Assembly (NCBI GenBank): GCA_964016885.1
Contig: OZ024742.1
Coordinates: 186,062,001 to 186,126,000, forward strand
Source of the DNA: Eledone cirrhosa
Lineage: Eukaryota
DNA length: 64,000 nt
Direction: 5' to 3'
The position numbers were made by a program, and so were the translations under genes. This document shows, piece by piece, positions 24,131 to 37,800 of the stretch; within the stretch, counting starts at the first letter, position 1; every line of letters begins with the position of its first letter. The notes beneath the pieces are model-generated. The model worked only from the letters and a program-made list of their open reading frames with translations. It made no database searches and was not told where the DNA came from.

Positions 24131-24367
24131 CCAGTATTTTGTTATAAGTGTGTTGTGTGTGTTTTGAAGAAGAAGGAGGAGAAGGAGGGGGAGGAGGGGT
24201 TAATAAGAGCTATATCATAACCTTTTGTGTATGAGTTGGTCTAGGTCTAGGTTCGTCTAATCGAGATCAGAGATCCGTTTCCAGGGCTCTTCATGAGAAG
24301 CTCAATTAATTTGGGCCCCGGTGACTTATCTGAGAGGGAGGGGGCTGATCTTCCCACAAAGAAAAAA

Positions 24368-24475
24368 ATGGATAAGGAGGGGTACAAGTATTTAAGAGTT
24401 TTAGAAGCTGGCAACATAAAGGACAAAAATATAATGTAAGACATATTGAGAAATAAATATATAAGGTAGGTTAGG
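24368..24475 (+). pseudogene. Degenerate non-LTR retrotransposon RT fragment (R4/Dong-like thumb region)
   Basis: Translates MDKEGYKYLRVLEAGNIKDKNIM*DILRNKYIR*VR, resembling YKYLG(I/V)LE...Y.RRVR. Confidence 0.55.
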
Positions 24476-24611
24476 TAGAGATATAGGGCTCTTAACTCCT
24501 GATGGTATCGTAGGGACGCTATCCTGACACATAGCGTGTCATGAGCATTTTAAACATGGCGAAGCCCATCCCTCTCCAGGTGATTTATTCCAAAGAAACA
24601 AACAATCTACT

Positions 24612-24735
24612 TCCAGTACTTGACTGGTACTTTATTTATCGATCACGAAAGGATGGAAGGCAAAGTTAACCTGGGCGGGACTTGAACTTAAAGCGCATTG
24701 ATTAAAAAAAATACGAAGGTATTTTAATCCGACGT
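24612..24735 (-). mobile_element. Degenerate SINE (Nin-domain-like, cephalopod type)
   Basis: Minus strand has B-box-like AGTTCAAGTCC then GCCTTCCATCCTTTCGTGATCGATAAATAAAGTACCAG. A related tail fragment lies at 26107-26167. Confidence 0.62.
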
Positions 24736-24846
24736 AAGCTGTGTGAAGAAAATATTATGTATTTATTTTGCAAGGTTTTTTATATGAAATTGTGTGTTGA
24801 AACAAATATTGTTATAGGAACACAACAGGAGGAAACTCAGTGATAA

Positions 24847-24888
24847 TCACTGAAGATGTCAGAGATGTGTGTGACGAAAGAACCTTGA
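24847..24888 (+). ncRNA. Degenerate type I hammerhead motif
   Basis: TCA-CTGAAGA-T-GTCA(..)TGAC-GAAA-GAAC-CT-TGA. Core intact, but U16.1 appears mutated and stem I is only 3 bp. Confidence 0.42.
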
Positions 24889-25331
24889 GAAATTATATTT
24901 ATATTTATATTTATATTTTTTAACTGTTGGTCATTGAATGATAAACATTGTTTGCCAGCTAAATTATTTATAAAAATATAAATATATACTGAAGCCAAAA
25001 TCAAACCAAACCGTGAGTGTGTTTTACAATTTTTTGGCAATATTAGGACATGACCCTCCCCAAATATAAGAAAATATTATTACCTTCAAACCTCCTCACG
25101 ATCTAGGTGGGTAGATCTTGGTTTTAATATCCTTCCAACACACTAAGACAGAAGCCCACAGCACACCTGTCCCTTTCCTAAAGCATCCTTAGGTTGAAAT
25201 AGAACATTTTCATTATTGTAAACACTTCCTCAAGCTTCCTTAGGTAGAAATAGGACATTTTCATTATTGTAAACATATACATATTGCCCTATAGGCCCAG
25301 ACGATTAGATAGATATGATACATGCACAGAC

Positions 25332-25579
25332 CTATTACTCTCAGCTTAAGCACCGGGCACAAGCTTAATGACCGCCATTCCTGTACGGCAGCAATGGCAT
25401 GCCTAGTATATAGAGTAAATATGTACTATCGTATACACATATATAAGGCCAATACGTAAGCACCATCAAAAACTATAGCGTTAGAATTGTTAAAAAAAGC
25501 TATTAGCTAGCATTCAATTATATTACTTTCTTTTGGCGGTCATTAAGCTTGTGCCCGGTGCTTAAGCTGAGAGTAATAG
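25332..25579. repeat. Perfect 46-bp inverted repeat with 156-bp spacer
   Basis: CTATTACTCTCAGCTTAAGCACCGGGCACAAGCTTAATGACCGCCA at 25332-25377 and its reverse complement at 25534-25579. Confidence 0.92.
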
Positions 25580-26909
25580 TATTGCAATGGCTTTGATATA
25601 CCTGTTATAAATACACTTTGAAGCATTTCTTATATAAAACAGGAATCCATAATACTATAGATTCTTAGCTAACTTACGATAGCACGAGAACCGAAATAAC
25701 TAGAACTATCTTTAAGATTAATGGTAGATTTATTGGTGTTTGAAATAAGTAAATTAGTGAATAAGGTGGTTCTCCCGGGCCATAGAGCAATTGATAACTA
25801 TATTTCTCTATGAGGAGGGGAAATAGTAATAAATTACAAATACTTAGCTCTTTAGCAAATCGTAAATAAAAGACAAATACATAAATACACTACGTCATTC
25901 TCTTTAACTTAAATACGCCGAAATTAGAATGACTCTCGTTTTTTTGTTTTTTTTTTGTTTTGTTTTTTTCCTTTTGAACCTAATGTAGTTTAGTACAATG
26001 CCATTTTTACAGATTAGAAATCATAACTATAATAAAAGGAAGAGTGCGGGACTGCGTCCCGAATATATTTTTTTTATCCCGTTAGTAAAATTAATTTGAA
26101 TAAATAATTGTTTCTACTTTAGGTACAAGGCCAGCAATTACCCAGTACATTACTGGTACTTTATTTTGAATAAATAATGAATGAATATTACATAATTTAT
26201 CTACTAAATTTCGTAGCTGTTGATTAAACATAAATATTATTATATATAATGATTGCTTATTTTAAGATTCACTTCTTTTAAAATTTTCAAATGTCTACAC
26301 TTCCGGTTAGTGTCCGTTATATCATAACACTTATTACATTGCTTATATAAACATCCGTATATTTGCATCGTTATATAAGGTTTCATTACATTTCACCGTA
26401 ATGTAGTTTATATATATCCTCTTTTTAAAATGTATCATGGATTACTTTACTGATTACAGAAGAGAGTGTAACACAGTTTCTCTTCAATTTCTGTGCATAT
26501 TGCCAATTACGATTTTATTTGACGTATATCTACATGCATATATATTTGCATATAATATCAATATGCACACTACCCATGCTAGCAGAAAACCATTTGAGGG
26601 TGATTTTTCTGTTAGTATTTGATAAGAAAAATTCTCTCTTAATAGCGTATGTGCGCGACTGACTAGCTTAACATCCTCAGGTCAATGCTTCTACTCACCC
26701 ATTTCCTCTTGCTTTTTATCCTGTCTAACCCCTTTCCTTGCCGCCATGAGTGTAATAAAAATAGATGTTAACATATTTAGCAGGTCTAAACCAGCCATTT
26801 GAAAAAATGTACTCCTCCCCGGATCACTGACCACTCCCGAAGAAAAACAAAATTACAAGAGAACCTTTAAGATTTATTTGCTTTGACTGTCTGCCCATAT
26901 ATGGATTAT

Positions 26910-27004
26910 ACCCCTTGAAGAGTTCAGCAAGATTCCCACCGCTCGAATACTGGCGCTTTAATTCGATCTAGCTGTCGAAACGTCTGGAGCTCAGCCGTCG
27001 GGGT
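26910..27004 (+). ncRNA. Degenerate complete type I hammerhead of family A
   Basis: ACCCC-TTGAAGA-GTTCAGC...GCTGTC-GAAA-CGTCTGGAGCTCAGCCG-TC-GGGGT. The 3' half is shared with the palindromes at 5956 and 9447. Confidence 0.62.
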
Positions 27005-27038
27005 CCTAAATCTTTTCTTATATATATATATATATATA

Positions 27039-27809
27039 CAAAATTAAGATAAATTTAATTTAATTTAATTTAATTTAATTAAGGGTGTCATGCCGGATAG
27101 ACATGCGTCATATCACCCGTAAAATATGCTCCAAGATTTTAATGAATAGATCCGAGCATTTTATATCAACTAGAAATTGATTGACATATAAATAAACATA
27201 TGAAACAATCACAGGGGATAATTTGTAAAAGGGTGTAAGCACACATAACTAGGTAGGTAACTAAATAAAGTTTAACTAGAGCTTCAAAAATAGATACCTT
27301 ATAAAATTATTAAGCTTCCTTGTATATATTCCATTAAAGAAATATATTTCACCAATTAATCGATTGGTAAACGACAGTAGCCAGATCCTGGATTTTCAAC
27401 AAGGAAGAGGTCCAGCCATCTGTGTTTACGCATCAAATTCAAATCAGCGACTGGCTAGTAACACGTGCTGTATTTACTAAAAATACACACATCATACCAG
27501 CTTCGTCCCGGTGGCGTGAATAGGGTTATCGACAACTAGAAACAGCAGTCAAGTCCTTTCAACTGAGTTAGCTCTACAATTAAGGGGCCGTATTTATATA
27601 TGTCCAAAATTAAGATAAATTTAATTTAATTTAATTTAATTTAATTAAGGGTGTCATGCCGGATAGACATGCGCCATATCACCCGTAAAATATGCTCCAA
27701 GATTCTAATGAATAGATCCGAGTATTTTATATCAACTAGAAATTGATTGACATATAAATAAACATATGAAACAATCACAGGGGATAATTTGTAAAAGTGT
27801 GTAAGCACA
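27039..27809. mobile_element. Partial-tandem non-coding element, 566-bp period, about 205-bp terminal repeats
   Basis: 27039-27243 is repeated at 27605-27809 with few substitutions; (TTTAA)n inside; (TA)n flanks. Confidence 0.7.
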
Positions 27810-27846
27810 GCTAGTTTAACTATATATATATATATGTGTGTGTGTG

Positions 27847-28476
27847 TGTAATCTGAGTTTTTCGAATATTAATAATAATATTCGATTCGTTTGCAATTAG
27901 GGGCTCATTCTACTGACATGGCTTTAAAAAAGAGGCCGTTTGCATAATTGCAAACGAATCGAATATTATTATTAATATTCGAAAAACTCAGATTACATTT
28001 ATTGTATTCAGCCATGTAGAGCGATCATTTTTGATCTATTTATTTATTTATTTGAATATGGCAAAGCCGGCCAGTAATCGCTCGTATACAGGAAACTGAC
28101 TGGCCTGTCTGCTGATATGCAAATCTGGTTGATCAGTGCATCTGCTAATATGCAAATCCGACTGATCAGCCAGTCTGCTAATATGCCAATCAGGCCGATC
28201 AGTCACTGTATATTTTAGAAAATAGCATATATTTTCATTAGCTCTGACAGTTGGCAGGTGAACAGTGAACTGCAATGATGAAGGGTAATACCCAGAAACA
28301 TTAGTGTTTGCAATACTGTTTACATGCCAACACAAAAGCAAGAATGAGGGGTTCATTCTACTGACATGGTTTTAAAAAAGTGGCTGTTTGCATAATTACA
28401 AACGAATCGAATATTATTATTAATATTCGAAAACCTCAGATTACATTTATTGTATTCAGCTATGTAGAGTGATAAT

Positions 28477-28477
<1 letters not shown>
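27847..28477 (+). mobile_element. Retrozyme-like element: short inverted arm + 448-bp-period partial tandem with HHR
   Basis: 27899-28028 is repeated at 28347-28476; 27847-27899 is inverted; microsatellite flanks. Confidence 0.78.
28252..28329 (+). ncRNA. Type I hammerhead motif with long stem I, core ATGATGA (C3->A)
   Basis: TGGCA.GTGAACAGT....TGCA-ATGATGA-A-GGGT(aat)ACCC-A-GAAA-CATTAGTG-TT-TGCA..ACTGTTTAC.TGCCA. Confidence 0.7.
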
Positions 28478-28526
<49 letters not shown>

Positions 28527-28623
28527 ACGAAGAGTATTAGTAGTAGTTAGTTGTTAGAATGATTATAACATGATTGTTAGATGAAATAACAAGAATGGCT
28601 GATTTACTTTATATATAAAGGTT

Positions 28624-28823
28624 NNNNNNNNNNNNNNNNNNNNNNNNNNNNNNNNNNNNNNNNNNNNNNNNNNNNNNNNNNNNNNNNNNNNNNNNNNNNN
28701 NNNNNNNNNNNNNNNNNNNNNNNNNNNNNNNNNNNNNNNNNNNNNNNNNNNNNNNNNNNNNNNNNNNNNNNNNNNNNNNNNNNNNNNNNNNNNNNNNNNN
28801 NNNNNNNNNNNNNNNNNNNNNNN
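28624..28823. other. Assembly gap (200 N)
   Basis: Seen directly. Confidence 1.
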
Positions 28824-31800
28824 GTAATATATAGAGATATTATAGTACTTTGAGTAGCTTCTATATAGAAATAGACTGGTAATATATAGAGATATTATAG
28901 TACCTTTAGTAGCTTCTATATAGAAATAGACTGGTAATATATAGAGATATTATAGTACCTTTAGTAGCTTCAATGTAGAAATAGACTGGTAATTATAGAA
29001 ATATTATAGTACTTTGAGTAGCTTCTATGTAGAAATAGACTTGTAATATATAGAGATATTATAGTACTTTGAGTAGCTTCTATGTAGAAATAGACTGGTA
29101 ATAATAGAAATATTATAGTACTTTGAGTAGCTTCTATGTAGAAATAGACTGGTAATATATAGAGATATTATAGTACTTTGAGTAGCTTCTATATAGAAAT
29201 AGACTGGTAATATATAGAGATATTATAGTACCTTTAGTAGCTTCTATATAGAAATAGATTGGTAATATATAGAGATATTATAGTACCTTTAGTAGCTTCT
29301 ATGTAGAAATAGACTGGTAATAATAGAAATATTATAGTACTTTGAGTAGCTTCTATGTAGAAATAGACTGGTAATATATAGAGATATTATAGTACTTTGA
29401 GTAGCTTCTATATAGAAATAGACTGGTAATATATAGAGATATTATAGTACTTTGAGTAGCTTCTATATAGAAATAGACTGGTAATATATAGAGATATTAT
29501 AGTACTTTGAGTAGCTTCTATATAGAAATAGACTGGTAATATATAGAGATATTATAGTACTTTGAGTAGCTTCTATATAGAAATAGACTGGTAATATATA
29601 GAGATATTATAGTACCTTTAGTAGCTTCTATATAGAAATAGACTGGTAATATATAGAGATATTATAGTACTTTGAGTAGCTTCTATATAGAAATAGACTG
29701 GTAATATATAGAGATATTATAGTACCTTTAGTAGCTTCTATATAGAAATACAATGGTAATATATAGAGATATTATAGTACTTTGAGTAGCTTCTATATAG
29801 AAATAGACTGGTAATATATAGAGATATTATAGTACCTTTAGTAGCTTCTATATAGAAATAGACTGGTAATATATAGAGATATTATAGTACCTTTAGTAGC
29901 TTCTATGTAGAAATAGACTGGTAATATATAGAGATATTATAGTACATTTAGTAGCTTCTATATAGAAATAGACTGGTAATATATAGAGATATTATAGTAC
30001 CTTTAGTAGCTTCTATATAGAAATAGACTGGTAATATATAGAGATATTATAGTACCTTCTATGTAGAAATAGACTGGTAATAATAGAAATATTATAGTAC
30101 TTTGAGTAGCTTCTATGTAGAAATAGACTGGTAATATATAGAGATATTATAGTACTTTGAGTAGCTTCTATATAGAAATAGACTGGTAATATATAGAGAT
30201 ATTATAGTACCTTTAGTAGCTTCTATATAGAAATAGACTGGTAATATATAGAGATATTATAGTACCTTCTATGTAGAAATAGACTGGTAATAATAGAAAT
30301 ATTATAGTACTTTGAGTAGCTTCTATGTAGAAATAGACTGGTAATATATAGAGATATTATAGTACTTTGAGTAGCTTCTATATAGAAATAGACTGGTAAT
30401 ATATAGAGATATTATAGTACCTTTAGTAGCTTCTATATAGAAATAGACTGGTAATATATAGAGATATTATAGTACCTTTAGTAGCTTCTATGTAGAAATA
30501 GACTGGTAATTATAGAAATATTATAGTACTTTGAGTAGATTCTATGTAGAAATAGACTTGTAATATATAGAGATATTATAGTACTTTGAGTAGCTTCTAT
30601 GTAGAAATAGACTGGTAATAATAGAAATATTATAGTACTTTGAGTAGCTTCTATGTAGAAATAGACTGGTAATATATAGAGATATTATAGTACCTTTAGT
30701 AGCTTCTATATAGAAATAGACTGGTAATATATAGAGATATTATAGTACCTTTAGTAGCTTCTATGTAGAAATAGACTGGTAATAATAGAAATATTATAGT
30801 ACTTTGAGTAGCTTCTATGTAGAAATAGACTGGTAATATATAGAGATATTATAGTACTTTGAGTAGCTTCTATACAGAAATAGACTGGTAATATATAGAG
30901 ATATTATAGTACTTTGAGTAGCTTCTATATAGAAATAGACTGGTAATATATAGAGATATTATAGTACTTTGAGTAGCTTCTATATAGAAATAGACTGGTA
31001 ATATATAGAGATATTATAGTACTTTGAGTAGCTTCTATATAGAAATAGACTGGTAATATATAGAGATATTATAGTACCTTTAGTAGCTTCTATATAGAAA
31101 TAGACTGGTAATATATAGAGATATTATAGTACTTTGAGTAGCTTCTATATAGAAATAGACTGGTAATATATAGAGATATTATAGTACTTTGAGTAGCTTC
31201 TATATAGAAATAGACTGGTAATATATAGAGATATTATAGTACTTTGAGTAGCTTCTACTATAGAAATAGACTGGTAATATATAGAGATATTATAGTACCT
31301 TTAGTAGCTTCTATATAGAAATACAATGGTAATATATAGAGATATTATAGTACCTTTAGTAGCTTCTATATAGAAATATACTGGTAATATTTAGAGATAT
31401 TATAGTACCTTTAGTAGCTTCTATATAGAAATAGACTGGTAATATATAGAGATATTATAGTACCTTTAGTAGCTTCTATGTAGAAATAGACTGGTAATTA
31501 TAGAAATATTATAGTACTTTGAGTAGCTTCTATGTAGAAATAGACTTGTAATATATAGAGATATTATAGTACTTTGAGTAGCTTCTATGTAGAAATAGAC
31601 TGGTAATAATAGAAATATTATAGTACTTTGAGTAGCTTCTATGTAGAAATAGACTGGTAATATATAGAGATATTATAGTACTTTGAGCAGCTTCTATATA
31701 GAAATAGACTGGTAATATATAGAGATATTATAGTACTTTGAGTAGCTTCTATATAGAAATAGACTGGTAATATATAGAGATATTATAGTACTTTGAGTAG

Positions 31801-34800
31801 CTTCTATATAGAAATAGACTGGTAATATATAGAGATATTATAGTACCTTTAGTAGCTTCTATATAGAAATAGACTGGTAATATATAGAGATATTATAGTA
31901 CCTTTAGTAGCTTCTATATAGAAATAGACTGGTAATATATAGAGATATTATAGTACCTTTAGTAGCTTCTATGTAGAAATAGACTGGTAATAATAGAAAT
32001 ATTATAGTACTTTGAGTAGCTTCTATGTAGAAATAGACTGGTAATATATAGAGATATTATAGTACTTTGAGCAGCTTCTATATAGAAATAGACTGGTAAT
32101 ATATAGAGATATTATAGTACTTTGAGTAGCTTCTATATAGAAATAGACTGGTAATATATAGAGATATTATAGTACTTTGAGTAGCTTCTATATAGAAATA
32201 GACTGGTAATATATAGAGATATTATAGTACTTTGAGTAGCTTCTATATAGAAATAGACTGGTAATATATAGAGATATTATAGTACTTTAGTAGCTTCTAT
32301 ATAGAAATAGACTGGTAATATATAGAGATATTATAGTACCTTTAGTAGCTTCTATATAGAAATAGACTGGTAATATATAGAGATATTATAGTACCTTTAG
32401 TAGCTTCTATATAGAAATAGACTAGTAATATATAGAGATATTATAGTACTTTAGTAGCTTCTATGTAGAAATAGACTGGTAATTATAGAAATATTATAGT
32501 ACTTTGAGTAGATTCTATGAGAAATAGACATGTAATATATAGAGATATTATAGTACTTTGAGTAGCTTCTATGTAGAAATAGACTGGTAATAATAGAAAT
32601 ATAGTACTTTGAGTAGCTTCTATGTAGAAATAGACTGGTAATATATAGAGATATTATAGTACCTTTAGTAGCTTCTATATAGAAATAGACTGGTAATATA
32701 TAGAGATATTATAGTACCTTTAGTAGCTTCTATGTAGAAATAGACTGGTAATAATAGAAATATTATAGTACTTTGAGTAGCTTCTATGTAGAAATAGACT
32801 GGTAATATATAGAGATATTATAGTACTTTGAGCAGCTTCTATATAGAAATAGGACTGGTAATATATAGAGATATTATAGTACTTTGAGTAGCTTCTATAT
32901 AGAAATAGACTGGTAATATATAGAGATATTATAGTACTTTGAGTAGCTTCTATATAGAAATAGACTGGTAATATATAGAGATATTATAGTACTTTGAGTA
33001 GCTTCTATATAGAAATAGACTGGTAATATATAGAGATATTATAGTACCTTTAGTAGCTTCTATATAGAAATAGACTGGTAATATATAGAGATATTATAGT
33101 ACTTTGCGTTAGCTTCTATATAGAAATAGACTGGTAATATATAGAGATATTATAGTACTTTGAGTAGCTTCTATATAGAAATAGACTGGTAATATATAGA
33201 GATATTATAGTACTTTGAGTAGCTTCTACATAGAAATAGACTGGTATATATAGAGATATTATAGTACCTTTAGTAGCTTCTATATAGAAATACAATGGTA
33301 ATATATAGAGATATTATAGTACTTTGAGTAGCTTCTATATAGAAATAGACTGGTAATATATAGAGATATTATAGTACCTTTAGTAGCTTCTATATAGAAA
33401 TACAATGGTAATATATAGAGATATTATAGTACTTTGAGTAGCTTCTATATAGAAATAGACTGGTAATATATAGAGATATTATAGTACTTTGAGTAGCTTC
33501 TATATAGAAATAGACTGGTAATATATAGAGATATTATAGTACCTTTAGTAGCTTCTATATAGAAATAGACTGGTAATATATAGAGATATTATTAGTACCT
33601 TTAGTAGCTTCTATATAGAAATAGACTGGTAATATATAGAGATATTATAGTACCTTTAGTAGCTTCTATATAGAAATAGACTGGTAATATATAGAGATAT
33701 TATAGTACCTTCTATGTAGAAATAGACTGGTAATATATAGAAGATATTATAGTACTTTGAGTAGCTTCTATGTAGAAATAGACTGGTAATATATAGAGAT
33801 ATTATAGTACTTTGAGTAGCTTCTATATAGAAATAGACTGGTAATATATAGAGATATTATAGTACCTTTAGTAGCTTCTATATAGAAATAGACTGGTAAT
33901 ATATAGAGATATTATAGTACCTTTAGTAGCTTCTATGTAGAAATAGACTGGTAATTATAGAAATATTATAGTACTTTGAGTAGCTTCTATGTAGAAATAG
34001 ACTGGTAATATATAGAGATATTATAGTACTTTGAGCAGCTTCTATATAGAAATAGACTGGTAATATATAGAGATATTATAGTACTTTGAGTAGCTTCTAT
34101 ATAGAAATAGACTGGTAATATATAGAGATATTATAGTACTTTGAGTAGCTTCTATATAGAAATAGACTGGTAATATATAGAGATATTATAGTACTTTGAG
34201 TAGCTTCTATATAGAAATAGACTGGTAATATATACAGATATTATAGTACCTTTAGTAGCTTCTATATAGAAATAGACTGGTAATATATAGAGATATTATA
34301 GTACTTTGAGTAGCTTCTATATAGAAATAGACTGGTAATATATAGAGATATTATAGTACTTTGAGTAGCTTCTATATAGAAATAGACTGGTAATATATAG
34401 AGATATTATAGTACTTTGAGTAGCTTCTACATAGAAATAGACTGGTAATATATAGAGATATTATAGTACCTTTAGTAGCTTCTATATAGAAATACAATGG
34501 TAATATATAGAGATATTATAGTACCTTTAGTAGCTTCTATATAGAAATAGACTGGTAATATTTAGAGATATTATAGTACCTTTAGTAGCTTCTATATAGA
34601 AATAGACTGGTAATATATAGAGATATTATAGTACCTTTAGTAGCTTCTATGTAGAGAAATAGACTGGTAATTATAGAAATATTATAGTACTTTGAGTAGC
34701 TTCTATGTAGAAATAGACTTGTAATATATAGAGATATTATAGTACTTTGAGTAGCTTCTATGTAGAAATAGACTGGTAATAATAGAAATATTATAGTACT

Positions 34801-37800
34801 TTGAGTAGCTTCTATGTAGAAATAGACTGGTAATATATAGAGATATTATAGTACTTTGAGTAGCTTCTATATAGAAATAGACTGGTAATATATAGAGATA
34901 TTATAGTACCTTTAGTAGCTTCTATATAGAAATAGACTGGTAATATATAGAGATATTATAGTACCTTTAGTAGCTTCTATGTAGAAATAGACTGGTAATA
35001 ATAGAAATATTATAGTACTTTGAGTAGCTTCTATGTAGAAATAGACTGGTAATATATAGAGATATTATAGTACTTTGAGCAGCTTCTATATAGAAATAGA
35101 CTGGTAATATATAGAGATATTATAGTACTTTGAGTAGCTTCTATATAGAAATAGACTGGTAATATATAGAGATATTATAGTACTTTGAGTAGCTTCTATA
35201 TAGAAATAGACTGGTAATATATAGAGATATTATAGTACTTTGAGTAGCTTCTATATAGAAATAGACTGGTAACATATAGAGATATTATAGTACCTTTAGT
35301 AGCTTCTATATAGAAATAGACTGGTAATATATAGAGATATTATAGTACTTTGCGTAGCTTCTATATAGAAATAGACTGGTAATATATAGAGATATTATAG
35401 TACTTTGAGTAGCTTCTATATAGAAATAGACTGGTAATATATAGAGATATTATAGTACTTTGAGTAGCTTCTACATAGAAATAGACTGGTAATATATAGA
35501 GATATTATAGTACCTTTAGTAGCTTCTATATAGAAATACAATGGTAATATATAGAGATATTATAGTACTTTGAGTAGCTTCTATATAGAAATAGACTGGT
35601 AATATATAGAGATATTATAGTACCTTTAGTAGCTTCTATATAGAAATACAATGGTAATATATAGAGATATTATAGTACTTTGAGTAGCTTCTATATAGAA
35701 ATAGACTGGTAATATATAGAGATATTATAGTACTTTGAGTAGCTTCTATATAGAAATAGACTGGTAATATATAGAGATATTATAGTACCTTTAGTAGCTT
35801 CTATATAGAAATAGACTGGTAATATATAGAGATATTATAGTACTTTAGTAGCTTCTATATAGAAATAGACTGGTAATATATAGAGATATTATAGTACCTT
35901 TAGTAGCTTCTATATAGAAATAGACTGGTAATATATAGAGATATTATAGTACCTTCTATGTAGAAATAGACTGGTAATAATAGAAATATTATAGTACTTG
36001 AGTAGCTTCTATGTAGAAATAGACTGGTAATATATAGAGATATTATAGTACTTTGAGTAGCTTCTATATAGAAATAGACTGGTAATATATAGAGATATTA
36101 TAGTACTTTGAGTAGCTTCTATATAGAAATAGACTGGTAATATATAGAGATATTATAGTACCTTTAGTAGCTTCTATATAGAAATAGACTGTAATATATA
36201 GAGATATTATAGTACCTTTAGTAGCTTCTATGTAGAAATAGACTGGTAATTATAGAAATATTATAGTACTTTGAGTAGCTTCTATGTAGAAATAGACTTG
36301 TAATATATAGAGATATTATAGTACTTTGAGTAGCTTCTATGTAGAAATAGACTGGTAATAATAGAAATATTATAGTACTTTGAGTAGCTTCTATGTAGAA
36401 ATAGACTGGTAATATATAGAGATATTATAGTACTTTGAGTAGCTTCTATATAGAAATAGACTGGTAATATATAGAGATATTATAGTACCTTTAGTAGCTT
36501 CTATATAGAAATAGACTGTAATATATAGAGATATTATAGTACCTTTAGTAGCTTCTATGTAGAAATAGACTGGTAATAATAGAAATATTATAGTACTTTG
36601 AGTAGCTTCCTATGTAGAAATAGACTGGTAATATATAGAGATATTATAGTACTTTGAGTAGCTTCTATATAGAAATAGACTGGTAAATATAGAGATATTA
36701 TAGTACTTTGAGTAGCTTCTATATAGAAATAGACTGGTAATATATAGAGATATTATAGTACTTTGAGTAGCTTCTATATAGAAATAGACTGGTAACATAT
36801 AGAGATATTATAGTACTTTGAGTAGCTTCTATATAGAAATAGACTGGTAATATATAGAGATATTATAGTACCTTAGTAGCTTCTATATAGAAATAGACTG
36901 GTAATATATAGAGATATTATAGTACTTTGAGTAGCTTCTATATAGAAATAGACTGGTAATATATAGAGATATTATAGTACCTTTAGTAGCTTCTATATAG
37001 AAATAGACTGGTAATATATAGAGATATTATAGTACTTTGAGTAGCTTCTATATAGAAATAGACTGGTAATATATAGAGATATTATAGTACCTTTAGTAGC
37101 TTCTATATAGAAATAGACTGGTAATATATAGAGATATTATAGTACCTTTAGTAGCTTCTATGTAGAAATAGACTGGTAATATATAGAGATATTATAGTAC
37201 CTTTAGTAGCTTCTATATAGAAATAGACTGGTAATATATACAGATATTATAGTACCTTTAGTAGCTTCTATATAGAAATAGACTGGTAATATATAGAGAT
37301 ATTATAGTACCTTCTATGTAGAAATAGACTGGTAATAATAGAAATAATAAAGTACTTTGAGTAGCTTCTATGTAGAAATAGACTGGTAATATATAGAGAT
37401 ATTATAGTACTTTGAGTAGCTTCTATATAGAAATAGACTGGTAATATATAGAGATATTATAGTACCTTTAGTAGCTTCTATATAGAAATAGACTGGTAAT
37501 ATATAGAGATATTATAGTACCTTTAGTAGCTTCTATGTAGAAATAGACTGGTAATTATAGAAATATTATAGTACTTTGAGTAGATTCTATGTAGAAATAG
37601 ACTTGTAATATATAGAGATATTATAGTACTTTGAGTAGCTTCTATGTAGAAATAGACTGGTAATAATAGAAATATTATAGTACTTTGAGTAGCTTCTATG
37701 TAGAAATAGACTGGTAATATATAGAGATATTATAGTACCTTTAGTAGCTTCTATATAGAAATAGACTGGTAATATATAGAGATATTATAGTACTTTGAGT

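Noticed and set aside
27543-27590. Minus-strand TTGTAGA...GAAAGGACTT hammerhead candidate
   Set aside because: Two core changes and stem I cannot form.
28624-28823. Functional adjacency of the PLE/retrozyme cluster to the satellite
   Set aside because: Separated by a fixed-size 200-N scaffold gap, so true distance and linkage are unknown.
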